Below are positions 49,904 to 63,010 of a stretch of DNA of 64,000 nt, one piece after another. Numbering within the stretch: position 1 is the first letter of the stretch; each line of letters opens with the position of its first letter. The DNA comes from Octopus sinensis. Its lineage: Eukaryota. The stretch lies in NCBI RefSeq assembly GCF_006345805.1, contig NC_043001.1, positions 68,262,001 through 68,326,000 on the forward strand, read 5' to 3'. Below the pieces are notes generated by a model. That model had not been told where the DNA came from and ran no database searches. It worked only from the letters and a program-made list of their open reading frames with translations. The translations under genes were made by a program, and so were the position numbers.

Positions 49904-51027
49904 CAGTTGCGGCCAAAATGTTCAGAACGGCATTGTTTTCGCCAGAAAAGTAGATATAAGTTTTTATCAAAGTTGTTTTATATTCTATAATTTTCACAGA
50001 CAATAAATATAATATTAATTGTTATTGTCTGAGATTTTGGTGTGTTTTGAGAGGATAATACAAAAGTTATGAATCATTTAGTGATTTACTGCAAAACACA
50101 TGGCGGCCAAAATGATCAGAAGGGTTGCTTTTACTCCGTGTTTTAGTATATTTAACCGGCGAACTCTAATGTTTTGAATTTGTTTACGTGATGGTTCGTT
50201 TACTAAACATTAGTAGTAATATCTGCAGTGCACTTTGTTAATATAATGCCACTTACTCCGTTACCAATTCGTAAGCAGATTATTAAGCTTCGAAAGAAGG
50301 ATAATTTAAGTATTGGGTCTATTGCAAAGATTGTTAACAAGTCAAAAAGTGTTGTTCACGGTATTCTTAAGGTCTTCGATGATTGTGGTTCGTGTGAAGC
50401 AAGAAAGTCTACATACAGGTAGGCCAAGAAAAATGTCTCATCGTTTAGTTGAACATAACCTACAAGCAAGATCACCTGCAGTGAAGCCACTGATCAGCTC
50501 CAAAAATAAAAAGTGTCGTCTTACCTTTGCAACCGAACATGTGTTGTGGGTCAAGAAAAATGGCAAACGGTGCATTTCAGCGATGAATCTAAGTTTATGT
50601 TATTTGGCTCAGATGGGAAAAGATACGTTCGTTGAAAAGTAGGTGAAAAGTAGGTGAAAATGTGTGGAATATTCTAGGAGAACGTTCGAAAGCCAGAAAT
50701 CCTAAAACAACCGAGCAATTATGGAATGCCCTTCAGGAAGAAGGAAATAAGATCACCTAGCAAGAAATTGAAAATTTAATTTCCTCATGCAGTCGAAGAT
50801 GTCAAGGTGTGATTGAAGCTAAAGGGCTTCACACTAAATATTAAATAATTCCAGTATTCTCAGTCATTTTTGATTATTTTGTTATTTTTCAACCGTTCTG
50901 GTAATTTTGGCCGCCATGGGTTTTGCAGTAAATCACTAAATCATAGAACATAAAACAACTTTGATAAAAACTTACATCTACTTTTCTGGCGAAAACAATG
51001 CCGTTCTGAACATTTTGGCCGCAACTG
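49904..51027 (+). mobile_element. Internally deleted Tc1-like transposon with IR/DR termini
   Basis: TIR cagttgcggccaaaatgttcagaacgg at both ends with TA flanks; inner repeats ggcggccaaaat...; peptides IRKQIIKL...SIGSIAKIVNKSKSVV, GRPRK, FSDESKF, ENVWNIL, VIEAKGLHTKY*. Confidence 0.92.
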
Positions 51028-51034
51028 TATATAT

Positions 51035-51088
<54 letters not shown>

Positions 51089-51125
51089 CACACACCACAC
51101 ATATATATATATATATATACATATA

Positions 51126-51262
51126 CAGTTGCGGCCAAAATGTTCAGAACGGCATTGTTTTCGCCAGAAAATTAGGTATAAGTTTTTATCAAAGTTGTTT
51201 TATGTTCTATAATTTTCACAGACAATAAATACGATATCAATTGTTATTGTCTGAGATAACAA

Positions 51263-51270
<8 letters not shown>
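51126..51270 (+). mobile_element. Second left terminus of the same Tc1, truncated
   Basis: A further cagttgcggccaaaatgttcagaacgg copy ending in a short inverted segment ataacaattaatatt. Confidence 0.85.
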
Positions 51271-51307
<37 letters not shown>

Positions 51308-53889
51308 ATATATATATACGACGGGCTTCTTTCAGTTTCCGTCTACCAAATCCACTCACAAACTTTGGTCGGCCCGAGGCTTTAGTAGAAAACACTTACC
51401 TAAGGTGCCACGCAGTGGGACTGAACACCGAACCATGTGGTTCGTAAGCAAGCTACTTACCACACAGCCACTCCTACGCTTATGTAGAAGGTACTTTTGT
51501 AGAAGACACTTGCGCAAGGTGCCATGCAGTGGGACTGACCTGGAGCAATGTAGCTGGGAAGGAACCTTTTTACTATACAGCCACGCCTGCATTAGTTTTA
51601 ATCAAAATATCAATCTAAAACAAGTATGTTGAACCTGTCTTTAGCCAGTTATAAAATCCGTTGCTCCTCACTAATGTATTAAAACCCCACAGTGAATGAG
51701 TGTTGAAAGTTTGTAAAAGGAATTCTGATTGTAGTGTAAAATAATTCACGTAGATTTTTGAAAGGCTGAATACAACGTCGAAATACGTTTCTGCACTAAA
51801 TTGCATTCATTTTTCAGGCAAGGCGACTAAAAATGTGACATGACCTTCCCAAGAACACGAAAAATGCTATATATTCATGTATGAATTTCTCTGACATGAG
51901 ATCGAAGATTAAGCTTGAGACGAGCGTAATTGTCTGGTATTTTAATTGAATTTGAAGATCAGATCTAAATGTGAAGACATAATTGAATCCCCATCATATG
52001 TCTTCGTACCAACTTCCCCAGCACAAGTGCATTCATCAAAATACAAAACAGACTGCGTTTGCAGATGTTGCGCCAGTTCTCATTAAATATCAGTAGCTTA
52101 AAATAATTTCCACTTCAAGAGTATTTACTATCATTATCATTATCACCGAAAAAAGCCAGTTTTTTTTTTGTTTAATTAATAGGCAAGTTTGAGTTGTTTC
52201 TGTTTTTTAGTGCGTCCTTTTTCTTCTGTACCTATTTACAGTGAATTTCTATGCGAAGTTTTTTTTTCTGTTTATTCGTATAAAACTAGATATTTAGTTT
52301 GGCTTTCATAAAACCTGGCACATTTCTCATTTTTGATTTAAAGTATTATCGAAACTACAACATCCAGTTCTTAACTACACACTAAACATAAGTTACAAAA
52401 GAGTCTATTGTAATGTAATACAACCATATAACCACCCCACTTGCAGTACAACTCCGTTTGAAAGGTTCTAATTATGTTATTTTCTTTACACCGTAGAATG
52501 TGTTTTAAACCAGTTAGTTTACTGTTTTACTCACCATCGATCTTATTTATAAGTCCACCCAGAAAAATTCTAAAGACTCTCACTGTCCATATTCAACAAG
52601 TACTTAAATTTTGAAATAAAATGCCGTTTACAATACAGTTCAATCACCATTGGCAAACATTTCTGCATCGCCTACACACGCTTTCATTTGACATCGAATG
52701 CAGAGCTACAGCTCTCAATACCCGAACACAGTTAGACGACTTTACATTCTTTTTTCGTATTTTCTTGAGCAAAGAAATATGATTGAAATATCGCTGGTTC
52801 AACTTGTTTTAAACTATACTGACAATGTTTGTGCAAGGGTCTGTGGAACTGACTTTTGCATCACAAATAATTGCTTCAGGATTTTATTTCTGCATAAAAT
52901 AATTAGGACATATGTTTCGGCTGGACACGAAATAACCAAGCTTTTCATATTGATAGTACAACTATATTTCATTTTGAAGATATTTCTGTTAGATAATTTT
53001 TTGCTTCTGTACTCAGCAGTAAAATATGTAATATAGCAATTATAGATATTATTCCGTTGTCTTTTACTTGCAGAAGTGAGAATTAAAGATAGTTTTAATA
53101 TTAATTTTATGTAGCCCAGTCAAAAACAGGTATAGCGAGTAAATTTTGTTTTACATTCCAACATTTTTTATATAAGGCGAGTAATTGTTGTGACATTATA
53201 ATTTATTTAGGTTATCTTTCGTAATATAGTTAATACTCTATTAACAAATTTATACATTTCTTCCTGTTTATAACGAAATACTTTCTTCAGAAGCTGTAGA
53301 ATTATTTAGTTTACAGGATTTAATTCCGTCAGTGACTTAGAAGTGAATATGATTATGTACAAATTAAAATCTTTCGTGTTTTTCAATATTTCTTTTTGAG
53401 TAGATTCACAATGAATAGGTTTTGTCTGAGGTAGTAATGGGATACTAAGACAAATTTCAAATTTTGTGAGTTAATAGGATTGTACAGCTTAGTCTTTCTA
53501 TTAAGAACTTCCATTCCATAAAGTTTAGTATTTGACATGAAGATGGACTACTTAATTTGTGAGGTATGACTAATCATACAACGACTGTTATGAAGAAAAC
53601 GTTCACGACCATCTTGAAAAAATTTTATCTAAAGAGCACAGGGGATGCGAATCTATGCATATTTAATTTCTTAAATGTACGTCTAAATTTAAACACTCGT
53701 TAAATAGCAGTATAATCATAAAGATTCCAACCATCTCCACAATTCTTATAAAATATCTAAGTTAACAACATTAGTAAGCACATATCCAGTTAATCTTCTG
53801 ATAAGAAGTTCTTTAATGGGTCTTCTCAACATTACTTAAACTTGGTAGCGGAAAGAGGCTTCAAAGACAGAAAATATTTAACAGAGAGT

Positions 53890-54110
53890 AATATTGGTTT
53901 CAAATCGTAGCACAATGCCCGTAATTTCGGGGAAGGGGTAAATCGATTACATCAATCCCCAGTGCTCAACTGGTACTTATTTTATCTACCTCAAGAGGAT
54001 GAAAGGCAAAGTCGACGTCGGCGGAATTTGAACTCAGAGCTTAAAGACGGACGAAATGCCGCTAAGCATTTTACCCAACCTGCTAATGATTCTGCAAGCT
54101 CACCGCCTTT
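53890..54110 (-). mobile_element. SINE family B
   Basis: Reverse complement of the 8733-type element. Confidence 0.85.
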
Positions 54111-54516
54111 ATGTAGAATAATATTAATCATAAATCCAAAAATAGGGAACGGAATATTATAGTGTAGAATCCTCCCTATAGTTTAAACATTCTTTTAAAT
54201 GTTGCCAGGATGTTCTTAAACTGCATAAACCAACATTTCCGCACAGACCACAGATATCATTAATTTTTGTTTACTAAAAATATTATTAAGTTGAACTGGA
54301 GTCTCACCAAAAATTTCGCTTTACCACAGTCAATATAAACAGAAGATACATTTACAGTATAAACACTCAACTCTTCTCTATTGCAGCAATTCTAATATCT
54401 GTCCTCTCAACAGTACGTTTCTTTATTAGGTATTAGACTCACAAGTTTCGATTTAAGTACGGCAGCCTCGAATATACAAATGAATCTACTTCTAGCAAAT
54501 TTCCGTTCGGGAATTA

Positions 54517-55786
54517 CGAGGGGCGTTCAATAAGTAATGCCCCTGACCCATTTCCCATACCAGTAGAGCAACGACACTTGGCACAGTTATTAGTCTTTTC
54601 CTACATATGAACTACCAAGAGTTATGCATTTCTCCCATCGTTTGATACAGCTCTGGAGACCGTTTTTGTAGAAGACCCCAGCTTGGTCCTCCAACCACGA
54701 CGTGACTTCAGAAATCAAGGCTGCATCATCTGGGAAACGCTTTCCTTTCAAAATCAACTTCATGACTGGGAAGAGGTGAAAATCAGAGGGTGCAAGGGGT
54801 GGAGTTCATAGCTGCACGCCTGTGCTTCTGATCTGGCGACACGCGAGTTGTGGACCGGAGCGTTGTCCTGCAGGAGGAGGATGCCTTTGCTGATCTTGCC
54901 CCGCCTCTTGATTTTGATAGCTTCTCTTAATTTCCTCAAAAGTGAAGCATAATAGGCTCCTGTAATTGTGGTACCCTTTGCCAGGAAATCTGTCATCACT
55001 ACTCCGTCCTGGTCCCAGAAGACTGTGAGCATAACCTTGTCAGTGGAGGGCTGTACCCTTGTCTTCTTTGGAGGAGGTGAGTCACGGTGCTTTCACTGCA
55101 TTGACTGGGCTTTGGTCTATGGATCATAGTGATGGACCCAGGTTTTATCCTGTGTGATCAGTCTTTTGAAAAATTTTGACTCATCTTCTTGGCACATCTC
55201 CAAATTCATCCTCGAGCACTCAACGCGTTCTTGCTTCCGGAAAGGTGTGAGCAACCTGGAAATCCATCTGGCAGACACCTTTTGCATATGCAAATGGTCA
55301 TGAATGATAGTTTCCACAGACCCGGTACTAATCTTGACCTTATGGGCTATTTGGCGAATAGTTATGCGTTGACCTTCCAAAATGGCAGCCTCAACTTGAC
55401 GGACAGACGTCTCATCAACGGCAGAAGGGGGCGACTAGATCTGGGAGCTGTTTCCACAGAGGTCCGACTATGTTTGAATTCACAATGCCAGCATTTTACA
55501 TGGTCATATGATGGGGCATCATCACCATAAGTTACTTTCATTTCATCAAAAGTCTCCCGTGGTGTGCGTCCTTTCAAATACAAAAACCAGATCACTGCTC
55601 GACACTCAACAGGCTCCATTTCACACTTGACTCAGTTCAAACACCTGTAAATCAGAAACCACAATTAGTTCAGAGCTGTAATTCGCCACTTAGTCTATAG
55701 AGGTATAAATAAGTGCACATGCAAAATTTCAGTTAGATCAACCAATTGCAAGTGGGTCAGGGGCATTACTTATTGAACGCCCCTCG
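54517..55786 (-). mobile_element. Full-length mariner, second copy of the 3471-4746 family, inactive
   Basis: Same TIRs with TA on both sides; about 12 mismatches to copy 1 over the first 143 nt; broken transposase. Confidence 0.95.
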
Positions 55787-56564
55787 TACCTTCTGGTGAA
55801 GTGAATGCATTTATCTTGTTTTATATTCATTTATCTAAAAGAAACACTGCCACGTCCAGGCTTGGAAAAGTATATAGATTTCACTTTGATATGTATATCT
55901 TTATCTCATTTTTGTTCATTTCCTTTACGTTGCCTATATGTATGTATGTATGTGTATGTATGTATGTATGTATGTATGTATGTATGTATGTATGTATGTA
56001 TTTATCTATCTATCTATCTAATCTCCCTCTCACTGTATGTATGTGTGCTTGTGTATATGTGTGTGTGCCTGTGTGCGTGCGTGCCTGCGCGCATGTGTAA
56101 TAATACTATTTTAACATTACAAATTGCTTATAATATAAAATAGTGTTAACATTCCTACAAACCTTATATCCTGATTTATGAAGATAAGATTATTTTTTTT
56201 AATAATCTGCATGGTTCATATAGTTTTTGTCTTGATATTTCGTACAACAGGTTATGACCCATTTCACGAAACTGTTTGAGGTACCACTCTACCTAATATA
56301 TTGAAATCTATGTTATTCTGTTATATGTTTCAGCCCTAAGGCTGTAGTCATTCTGGGGCACGGCCAGTGAAAAACATATTGCGCCCAAGATCTTATATAT
56401 CAAGACGTTAATTATACCAAACACATTTTATAATGCATTCTCTTATTTTGATAGATATTTCTTTACTATTCATACATAGCACAACTACCCAGACTTCCTC
56501 GTTTATCTTATATAAGCTTTATGTATTTATACCAGTTACTGCCTATATGTCACGAACTATAAAG

Positions 56565-56853
56565 CAGTACTCGCCCACCTTTTTTGATCAGGGACCGGTT
56601 TCATGCAAAACAATTTTCCACGGCCCAAGAGATTATGAGCATAGCAAAACACAATGAAATGCATAGCGTATAATTTAATCATTACATGCATAATACAGGC
56701 GTAGCTTTGTGGTAAGAAGCTTGCTTCCCAACCGCATGGTTCCGAGTTCAGTCTCACAGTATGCCACCTTGAGCAAGTATCTTCTACTATAGCCTCGGGC
56801 CGACCAAAGCCTTGAGAATGGATTTGGTAGACGGAAACTGAAAGAAGCCCGTC

Positions 56854-56936
<83 letters not shown>

Positions 56937-57298
56937 ATGTATGTGTGTGTGTGTGTGCGTGTGTAAGTATTTGTGTGTCTGTGTTTGTCCCCTCACCATC
57001 ACTTGACAACTGATGTTGATGTGTTTACGTCCCTGTAAATTAGCGGTTCGTCAAAAGAGACCGTTAGAATAAGTACTAGGCTTACAAAGAATAAGTCCCG
57101 GGGTCGATTTGTTCGATTAAAGGCGGTACTTCAGCATGGCCGCAGTCAAATGACTAAACAAGTAAAAGAGTAAAAGAGAATAAGGCACAAATACATTGCA
57201 GATAGCGATAGTCAATAAAATAGAAATAAATTAAAAAGTTTATTCTTTCTGCGCAGCCCGGTACTAGTGGTTTGCGGCCCGGAGGTTGGGGACCCCTG
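56565..57298. mobile_element. hAT-Charlie-type MITE (MER1-like ends) with perfect 8-bp TSD, carrying a SINE A
   Basis: TSD ctataaag at 56557-56564 and 57299-57306; ends cag...cctttt...cagggaccggtttc...acaattttccacgg and gcggcccggaggttggggacccctg. Confidence 0.85.
56695..57178 (+). mobile_element. SINE family A, full
   Basis: Head, core, internal TA/TG microsatellite and gtaaaagag tail. Confidence 0.9.
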
Positions 57299-57369
57299 CT
57301 ATAAAGTATTCTAGATAAAACATGATTTTTCTTAAAGAATCATTTAATGTATCTTAAATCTTTTAGCTT

Positions 57370-58570
57370 TTACTTATTTCAGTCACTAGACTGCAGCCAT
57401 TCGGGTGCACCGTCTTGAAGAACTTTTAGGCGAATCAACCGACACCAGTGATTCTTATTTTTCAGCCTGATACTTATTGTATCGGTGATAGGGAACGAAC
57501 ACAGGTATAAAGACATCCCCCCCACACACACAAGACGGACTTCTTTCGGTTTCCGACTACCAAATCCAATCACGAGGCTTTGGTCAGCCCGAGGCTTTTG
57601 TTGGAAGACATCTGTTGAAGGTGCCACGTAGTGGGGCGGAAGTTGATAATTTAAAAAAAAAATTCTTTTAAATTCTATTAAGATATATAAGCACTTTTAA
57701 TGAAAGTAATGCCGATCTTAGTCTAGAGTTAATCTTATTTTCGTTACTTTTGTCTATAAATAAAAGGTAAATACATTTTTTTTCTTCAAAGATGTATTTT
57801 ACTTATAAGAAGTTCATATAAGACTTAACTTTATAAAACATTATAAATAGACTGAATATTATTGTTACATATAAATTTACGTTTGGTATGTAATTAATTT
57901 ACAAAGTTAGGGGTACTAGACTGGAACTGCTTGAACTGGGGCAACGTGAAATAAACTACTTTGCTCAAGGACACAACATACAGCCCAGAAGCGAACACAC
58001 GTCATTGTATCAATACGACAGTTTTCTGCTTCTTTTACCTTTGTAAGGATGGTCATTAATGCTAATAATTTTGCCTAGTCTCGACATTCCTTACTTTGTC
58101 CTATCTTTATCTATTACTTTTATATGTTTCAGTCATTGAAGTGCTGTCATACTGGCGCACCGCCATTGAAGGGTTTTAGTCGAACAAATTGACTACAGTA
58201 CTTACGTTTTAAGCGTGGTACTTACTGTTTCGTTCTTTCTTGCTGAACCGTCAAATTACCGGAACGTCAACAAACCCATACCGTTATCAACCGACGATAG
58301 GGGACAAACATAAAGCACACACTCAATATTTATATGCATAGATAATAGATACATACAATCAAACACACACACACACACACACATGTATATGTATGAATGT
58401 ATGCATATAACGGGCTTCCCCACAGTTTCCGTCTATGAAATTGATTGAAAAGGTATTGTCCAACCCGGGGCTATACTAGATAGCACATGGCCAAGGGGCC
58501 AAGCCGTGAGACTAGACTCAAAACCAGGTGTTTCCAAAGAGAGCTTCTTAACCACACATCAGTGCCTGCG
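57370..58570 (-). mobile_element. Two minus-strand SINE A copies (57370-57630, 58105-58570)
   Basis: Reverse-complement homology to 56695-57178. Confidence 0.8.
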
Positions 58571-58574
58571 CCTG

Positions 58575-58870
58575 TGTATTCTTCTTGCTTTACTTGCTTC
58601 ATGCTCTGGGGTTATTCCAGGATAGTGGTCCCAGAGGCGTCATCGTGCGTAGAGTCGACTAGGTCTACCAGCACTCTCCATCGCTGGCGGTCACGCGCCA
58701 GCCTCTCCGCATCCTCCAAGGGGACGTCGAGCTTCTGGAGATCTTCCTTAATCACGTCTAGCCAAATGGTGCGGGGCTTGCTACGTGGCCTTCTCCAACT
58801 CTCATCGAATCGGAGTAAAGCGGGAGACGGAGGACATGTCCATGGAAGCGCCTGCGACGGATAGCTATTC
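58575..58870 (-). mobile_element. RTE-clade LINE 3' end
   Basis: WRRPRSKPRTIWLDVIKEDLQKL...AERLARDRQRWRVLV matches RGRP..TW.D.I..DL...LA.DR..WR. Confidence 0.8.
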
Positions 58871-58977
58871 TTCAAAGAAAAATTTCTCTACACAATATTA
58901 TGGCATTTATTGCGGAGACTGAAGGTGGCTTCTATATCTAAATGAAAATAGTATTTCTCCATTTTGTTTCCCTATAC

Positions 58978-59352
58978 AGTGGTTTCAAAATTTAGCACAA
59001 GGCCAGTAATTTTAAGGGAAGGTGCTAAGTCGATTACACTGACTCCAGTGGTCAGCTGGTACTTATTTTATCGATCTTGAAGGTTGAAGGGAAAGTCCGA
59101 CTCGCAAACGATTCTATCATCTCATCGTCTTTATCTTCCTATATAGTCTTAAGATGCGTTAGCACGCCGGGTAAAATGCTTAACGGCATTTTGTCCGTAT
59201 TTATGTACCGAGTTCAAATTCTGCTGCGGTTGACTTTACCCTTCATCGTTTCGGGGTCGATGAAATAAGTACCAGTTGAACAGTGGAGTTGTTGTAATCG
59301 ACTTACCCGCTGCCTCGAAATTTCTGGCCTTGTGCTGAAATTTGAGACGGAT
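58978..59352. mobile_element. Head-to-head SINE B pair (minus 58978-59110, plus 59150-59352)
   Basis: ctggtacttattttatcga versus tcgatgaaataagtaccag. Confidence 0.8.
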
Positions 59353-60164
59353 ATTAATAATCAAACAATGGAAGAGCTTCCCCCTTGTCACTCACTCTAG
59401 AAATAGAAACCAAAGCTCTTTTAAATTATAATGTACCTCCTAGAAAATAGGAAGACACACTGGAAAATTTAGTAATAAATCGTAGAAAGACGGGATGGTC
59501 ATGGTGAAATGTCTCTGGTCATAAGTCTTCTCAGAATTGATTTATTTTCAGCAAATACAATTTTGTCACCTAACAAGAGAATATCAGCTGGTGTCCCTAC
59601 CTAGCTAGCTAGTTAGCTATCTAAGTGGGTAGGTAGGTTGGTGGGTAGGTGCTTAGGTTGGTAGGTAGGGAGCAGGCTCTTTGTAACTTCTGCCTAATAT
59701 TAATATAGGTATTATGCTTTCAGTTTATTTATCATGTTTGTACTACCAAACCTGTACGTATTTAAATATACATATCACGTGATCGACCAGAATATCGAAT
59801 GTTGTTATACATCGCTGGTCACAATGCACTCTGCATTGATTTATCCTTCGAATGACGCCACCCAGCTGGCTAGGAGAGCAGACCAGCATCCCCACCCCAC
59901 GATTGTTGGAAAACTGGTCCGTCGCATGTTTACCCATTTACAGATGAATGAACTGGAGCAGCGTGAAATGAAGTATTTTACTCAAGAACAACAACGCGCC
60001 GCATGGTCAGGAAATCGAACACCCTAACCACTGGGCTACTCGCCTTCACGCTCAGCTACTAATGCGTCATGGAAACTAGGGAACCGGTGTTTTGAGATCT
60101 GGGGCTCGATAGAAAAACAAACAAAAACAAAACAAAAAAAATACACAAAAAAACTACTAATATG

Positions 60165-60580
60165 TGGTGCGGGCTTAGCTGTGTTGTAAGAGGCTTGCTT
60201 CCCACATAGATGGTTCCAGGTTCAGACCCGCTGCATGGCATCTTGAGCAAATGTCTTCTTGTATAGCCTCGGACCGAACAAAGCCTTGTGAGTGGAGTTT
60301 GAAGACAGAAACTGAAAGAAGCCCGTCATATGTGCGTGTATGTGTGTGTCTGTGTGCATGTGTGTCTGTGTGTTTTTGTTTGTATTTTCCCCACCACCGC
60401 TCGACAACCGGTATTGGCTAGTTTACGTCTGTGTTACAGCTGTTCAGCAAATGAAAACGATAGAATAAGTACCAGGCTAAAAACAAGAAGTGCTAGGGTT
60501 AATTCATTCGATTGAAAGTTCTTTAAGGCGGTGCACCAGCATGGCCGCTCTCTAATGACTGAAACAGATGAAGAATGAAA
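60165..60580 (+). mobile_element. SINE family A
   Basis: Head ttgtaagaggcttgcttccc...ggttcagacc and tail gactgaaacag. Confidence 0.85.
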
Positions 60581-61358
60581 GAAAACATTTAAATGTGTCT
60601 CACATGAGAAAACGCAGTCAAGGACGTCAACAGGACAATAAGTGAAGGTGATATATTCAACATTAATTAATGATCAATTAATACATAAAAAAAACCTGAT
60701 TGTGTGTTTCAACAAAGCTTTTACGTAACTTCTCCTACTGGCCTCGTGTTTCTTCCGTATTCATGGACACGGATCTCGATAACTATGTCACAATGTTGAA
60801 TTATGAATGGGATACTTACGTAAACGTGATGAATCAGATTTTATTGGTAACAGGAAGCATTCAGATATGACGTTTGTAACACTATGGAAAAAATAATAGT
60901 AACGTGAGAAGCGATATTGTTGGGTAAAGTGATACTGTCAAACTGGATGTTTTAAACATATTTTTCACTGCAAGTTGATTAGATTAATATGTCATTAAAT
61001 AATATAGAGATATAGAAGATGGACTTGACACTAAATTATGACCTGCAACTTATTTAGATTTTGGACAGAAAGTGTTACATAGAGGCGTCCACCGCGTTAT
61101 GGCTACCCCAGGTTACGGCATTTTGCGCTCACAGAAATTGTAAAGAATGACCATTAATTTCGGGGTACAGTCTGTAATTCCGCTCCTACGGAAACTTGTA
61201 TTATATAGTTTGAAATAGTTACACTTTTTTCTTAGATCAAGAAAACTTGCAATTTAGTTAAGATCAAAGTTTAAAGTTAACGATTTGAAAAACTACCAAC
61301 ACGTTATACACATACTCACATGTATATACAATGTACATAATGTGAGTATATATACATA

Positions 61359-61410
<52 letters not shown>

Positions 61411-61516
61411 CATACAAACACGCACAAACATGTATACAGTTACATACATGCATGCATGCATGCATACATACACATACATACATACATATACATACATAAT
61501 ACATACATACATACAT

Positions 61517-61547
<31 letters not shown>

Positions 61548-61596
61548 ATATATATATATTATATATATATATATATTATATATATATATATTAATA

Positions 61597-61886
61597 TCAG
61601 TATCGCCCGGCGTTGCTCGGGTTTGTAAGGGAAATTACTATATAAGCATTCCCTTATATAACCCGAGCAAAAATCATTAAAAATGCAGAAAAATTATGGT
61701 AATTTTTTAAAAATCGTAGACTCATCGTAGACGCGCGATAATACCCAGATGGGCTCGATATGAATGACGATTATAAGATACCCACTTTTGGTTAAACTGC
61801 ACCGCAAAATGTGGGAGTAGTTAGGAATCTAAATCGGAGGGGACAGAGTCTCACACATACACAACTTCAATTTTATATATAAAGAT
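61597..61886 (-). mobile_element. Non-autonomous Helitron, third copy of the 19655 family, without the internal tandem repeat
   Basis: cagtatcgcccggcgttgctcggg...ttttatatataaagat; the CTAG end is degenerate. Confidence 0.85.
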
Positions 61887-61919
61887 ATATATATATATAC
61901 ACTTATATACAGCAATATG

Positions 61920-61962
<43 letters not shown>

Positions 61963-62019
61963 TATATACATACGTATACGTACATACTTACATTTTTTAC
62001 GTATATACATATGCATATG

Positions 62020-62635
62020 TGGGCACAGAACGTCACGAAACATAAATAACAAACAATACGAAGTACGGGGATATGGAATAAGGGCTTTTTTGCAAGCAAT
62101 GAAAGAAACAAATGGAAAACAAGACAAACAACACACGGAATGACCCTTCATCAGTTGTCGGCTGTTTTTCTCGTCCGTATTTCGAGCAATTCACGACCAG
62201 ATACGCCTTCGATAAAACAGTTGCTCTCGTATAGCAAATTAAATAAAATTTACGATCTTGCCGAGGGTCAGGATGGTGATAAAAGCAGGACAGTGGAAAC
62301 AAACAGGAAGGGCTGCTAAGCCTAAACGAGGTTGTGGTGGTGAATGCGAAGAAACAAGCCTGGACAGGAGACAGAACAATTCGTCTTCCCTGTCGAGCTG
62401 AAACAGGAAGAGAGAAAAAAACACAAGTTAGGAGAGTAGCCGGTGGTCACGTGGATGCCACGTGAGCAAAGGAGGAAGAGTGAGGGAAAGAGAGTGACAC
62501 AGAGAGAACTGTGAATGGCAGAGTAAAAGATTTGGGGACAGGATAAGAGAGAAAAAGAGAGACAGGGAGAAGGGGAGGCAAAAGAAAGGAAGAGATAAAA
62601 CGAAAGAGTTAAGAACGCTACACATCTTTTTCCAA
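62020..62635 (-). mobile_element. Second copy of the 48016-48765 family
   Basis: Shared gacccttcatcag.tgtcggctgttt, atttcgagcaattcac, aaaacagttgctc, gggctgctaag and ggtcacgtg blocks. Confidence 0.6.
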
Positions 62636-62679
62636 GTAAGTTTTATCTATATATACTGAATAAATATACTGAATATATA

Positions 62680-62723
<44 letters not shown>

Positions 62724-62724
62724 A

Positions 62725-62764
<40 letters not shown>

Positions 62765-62775
<11 letters not shown>

Positions 62776-63010
62776 AAATCCGTTGTGTGTGTGTGTGTGT
62801 CTTCTAGGATCTTCCATCCGATTGCGCTCAAATTTGATATGTAGATACAATGGTATCAGGGCGTGTATAAGTCTTGAAAAAATTACAAAAATCGATTCCA
62901 GGTGAGAATGCGATCGATAAAGCCGTGGGAACATGCATTTGTACGCGCAAGTACATCAGCTGTTGCGATCGATACTACGCGTACGCGAGAAAAGTGCATC
63001 GTTTTTGTTC
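62765..63010 (+). mobile_element. Helitron-like 5' fragment
   Basis: tatataaaatccg(tg)n...ccgattgcgctcaaatttgatatg architecture. Confidence 0.4.

Larger units (their letters stand above)
49680..51478 (-). mobile_element. SINE family A split by a Tc1 insertion in its internal microsatellite
   Basis: Tail half 49680-49901, head half 51318-51478; an additional head fragment lies at about 51490-51590. Confidence 0.85.

Noticed and set aside
52698-53036. 112-aa ORF in unique AT-rich DNA, plus short minus-strand frames at 51.9-52.9 kb
   Set aside because: No recognisable domain, composition typical of random AT-rich ORFs, and candidate splice sites do not bound an open frame
53421-53454. let-7-like TGAGGTAGTA (53427-53436) in a small hairpin
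   Set aside because: Only the first 10 nt match let-7, the rest of the mature sequence does not, and the hairpin is about 35 nt, too short for a pre-miRNA
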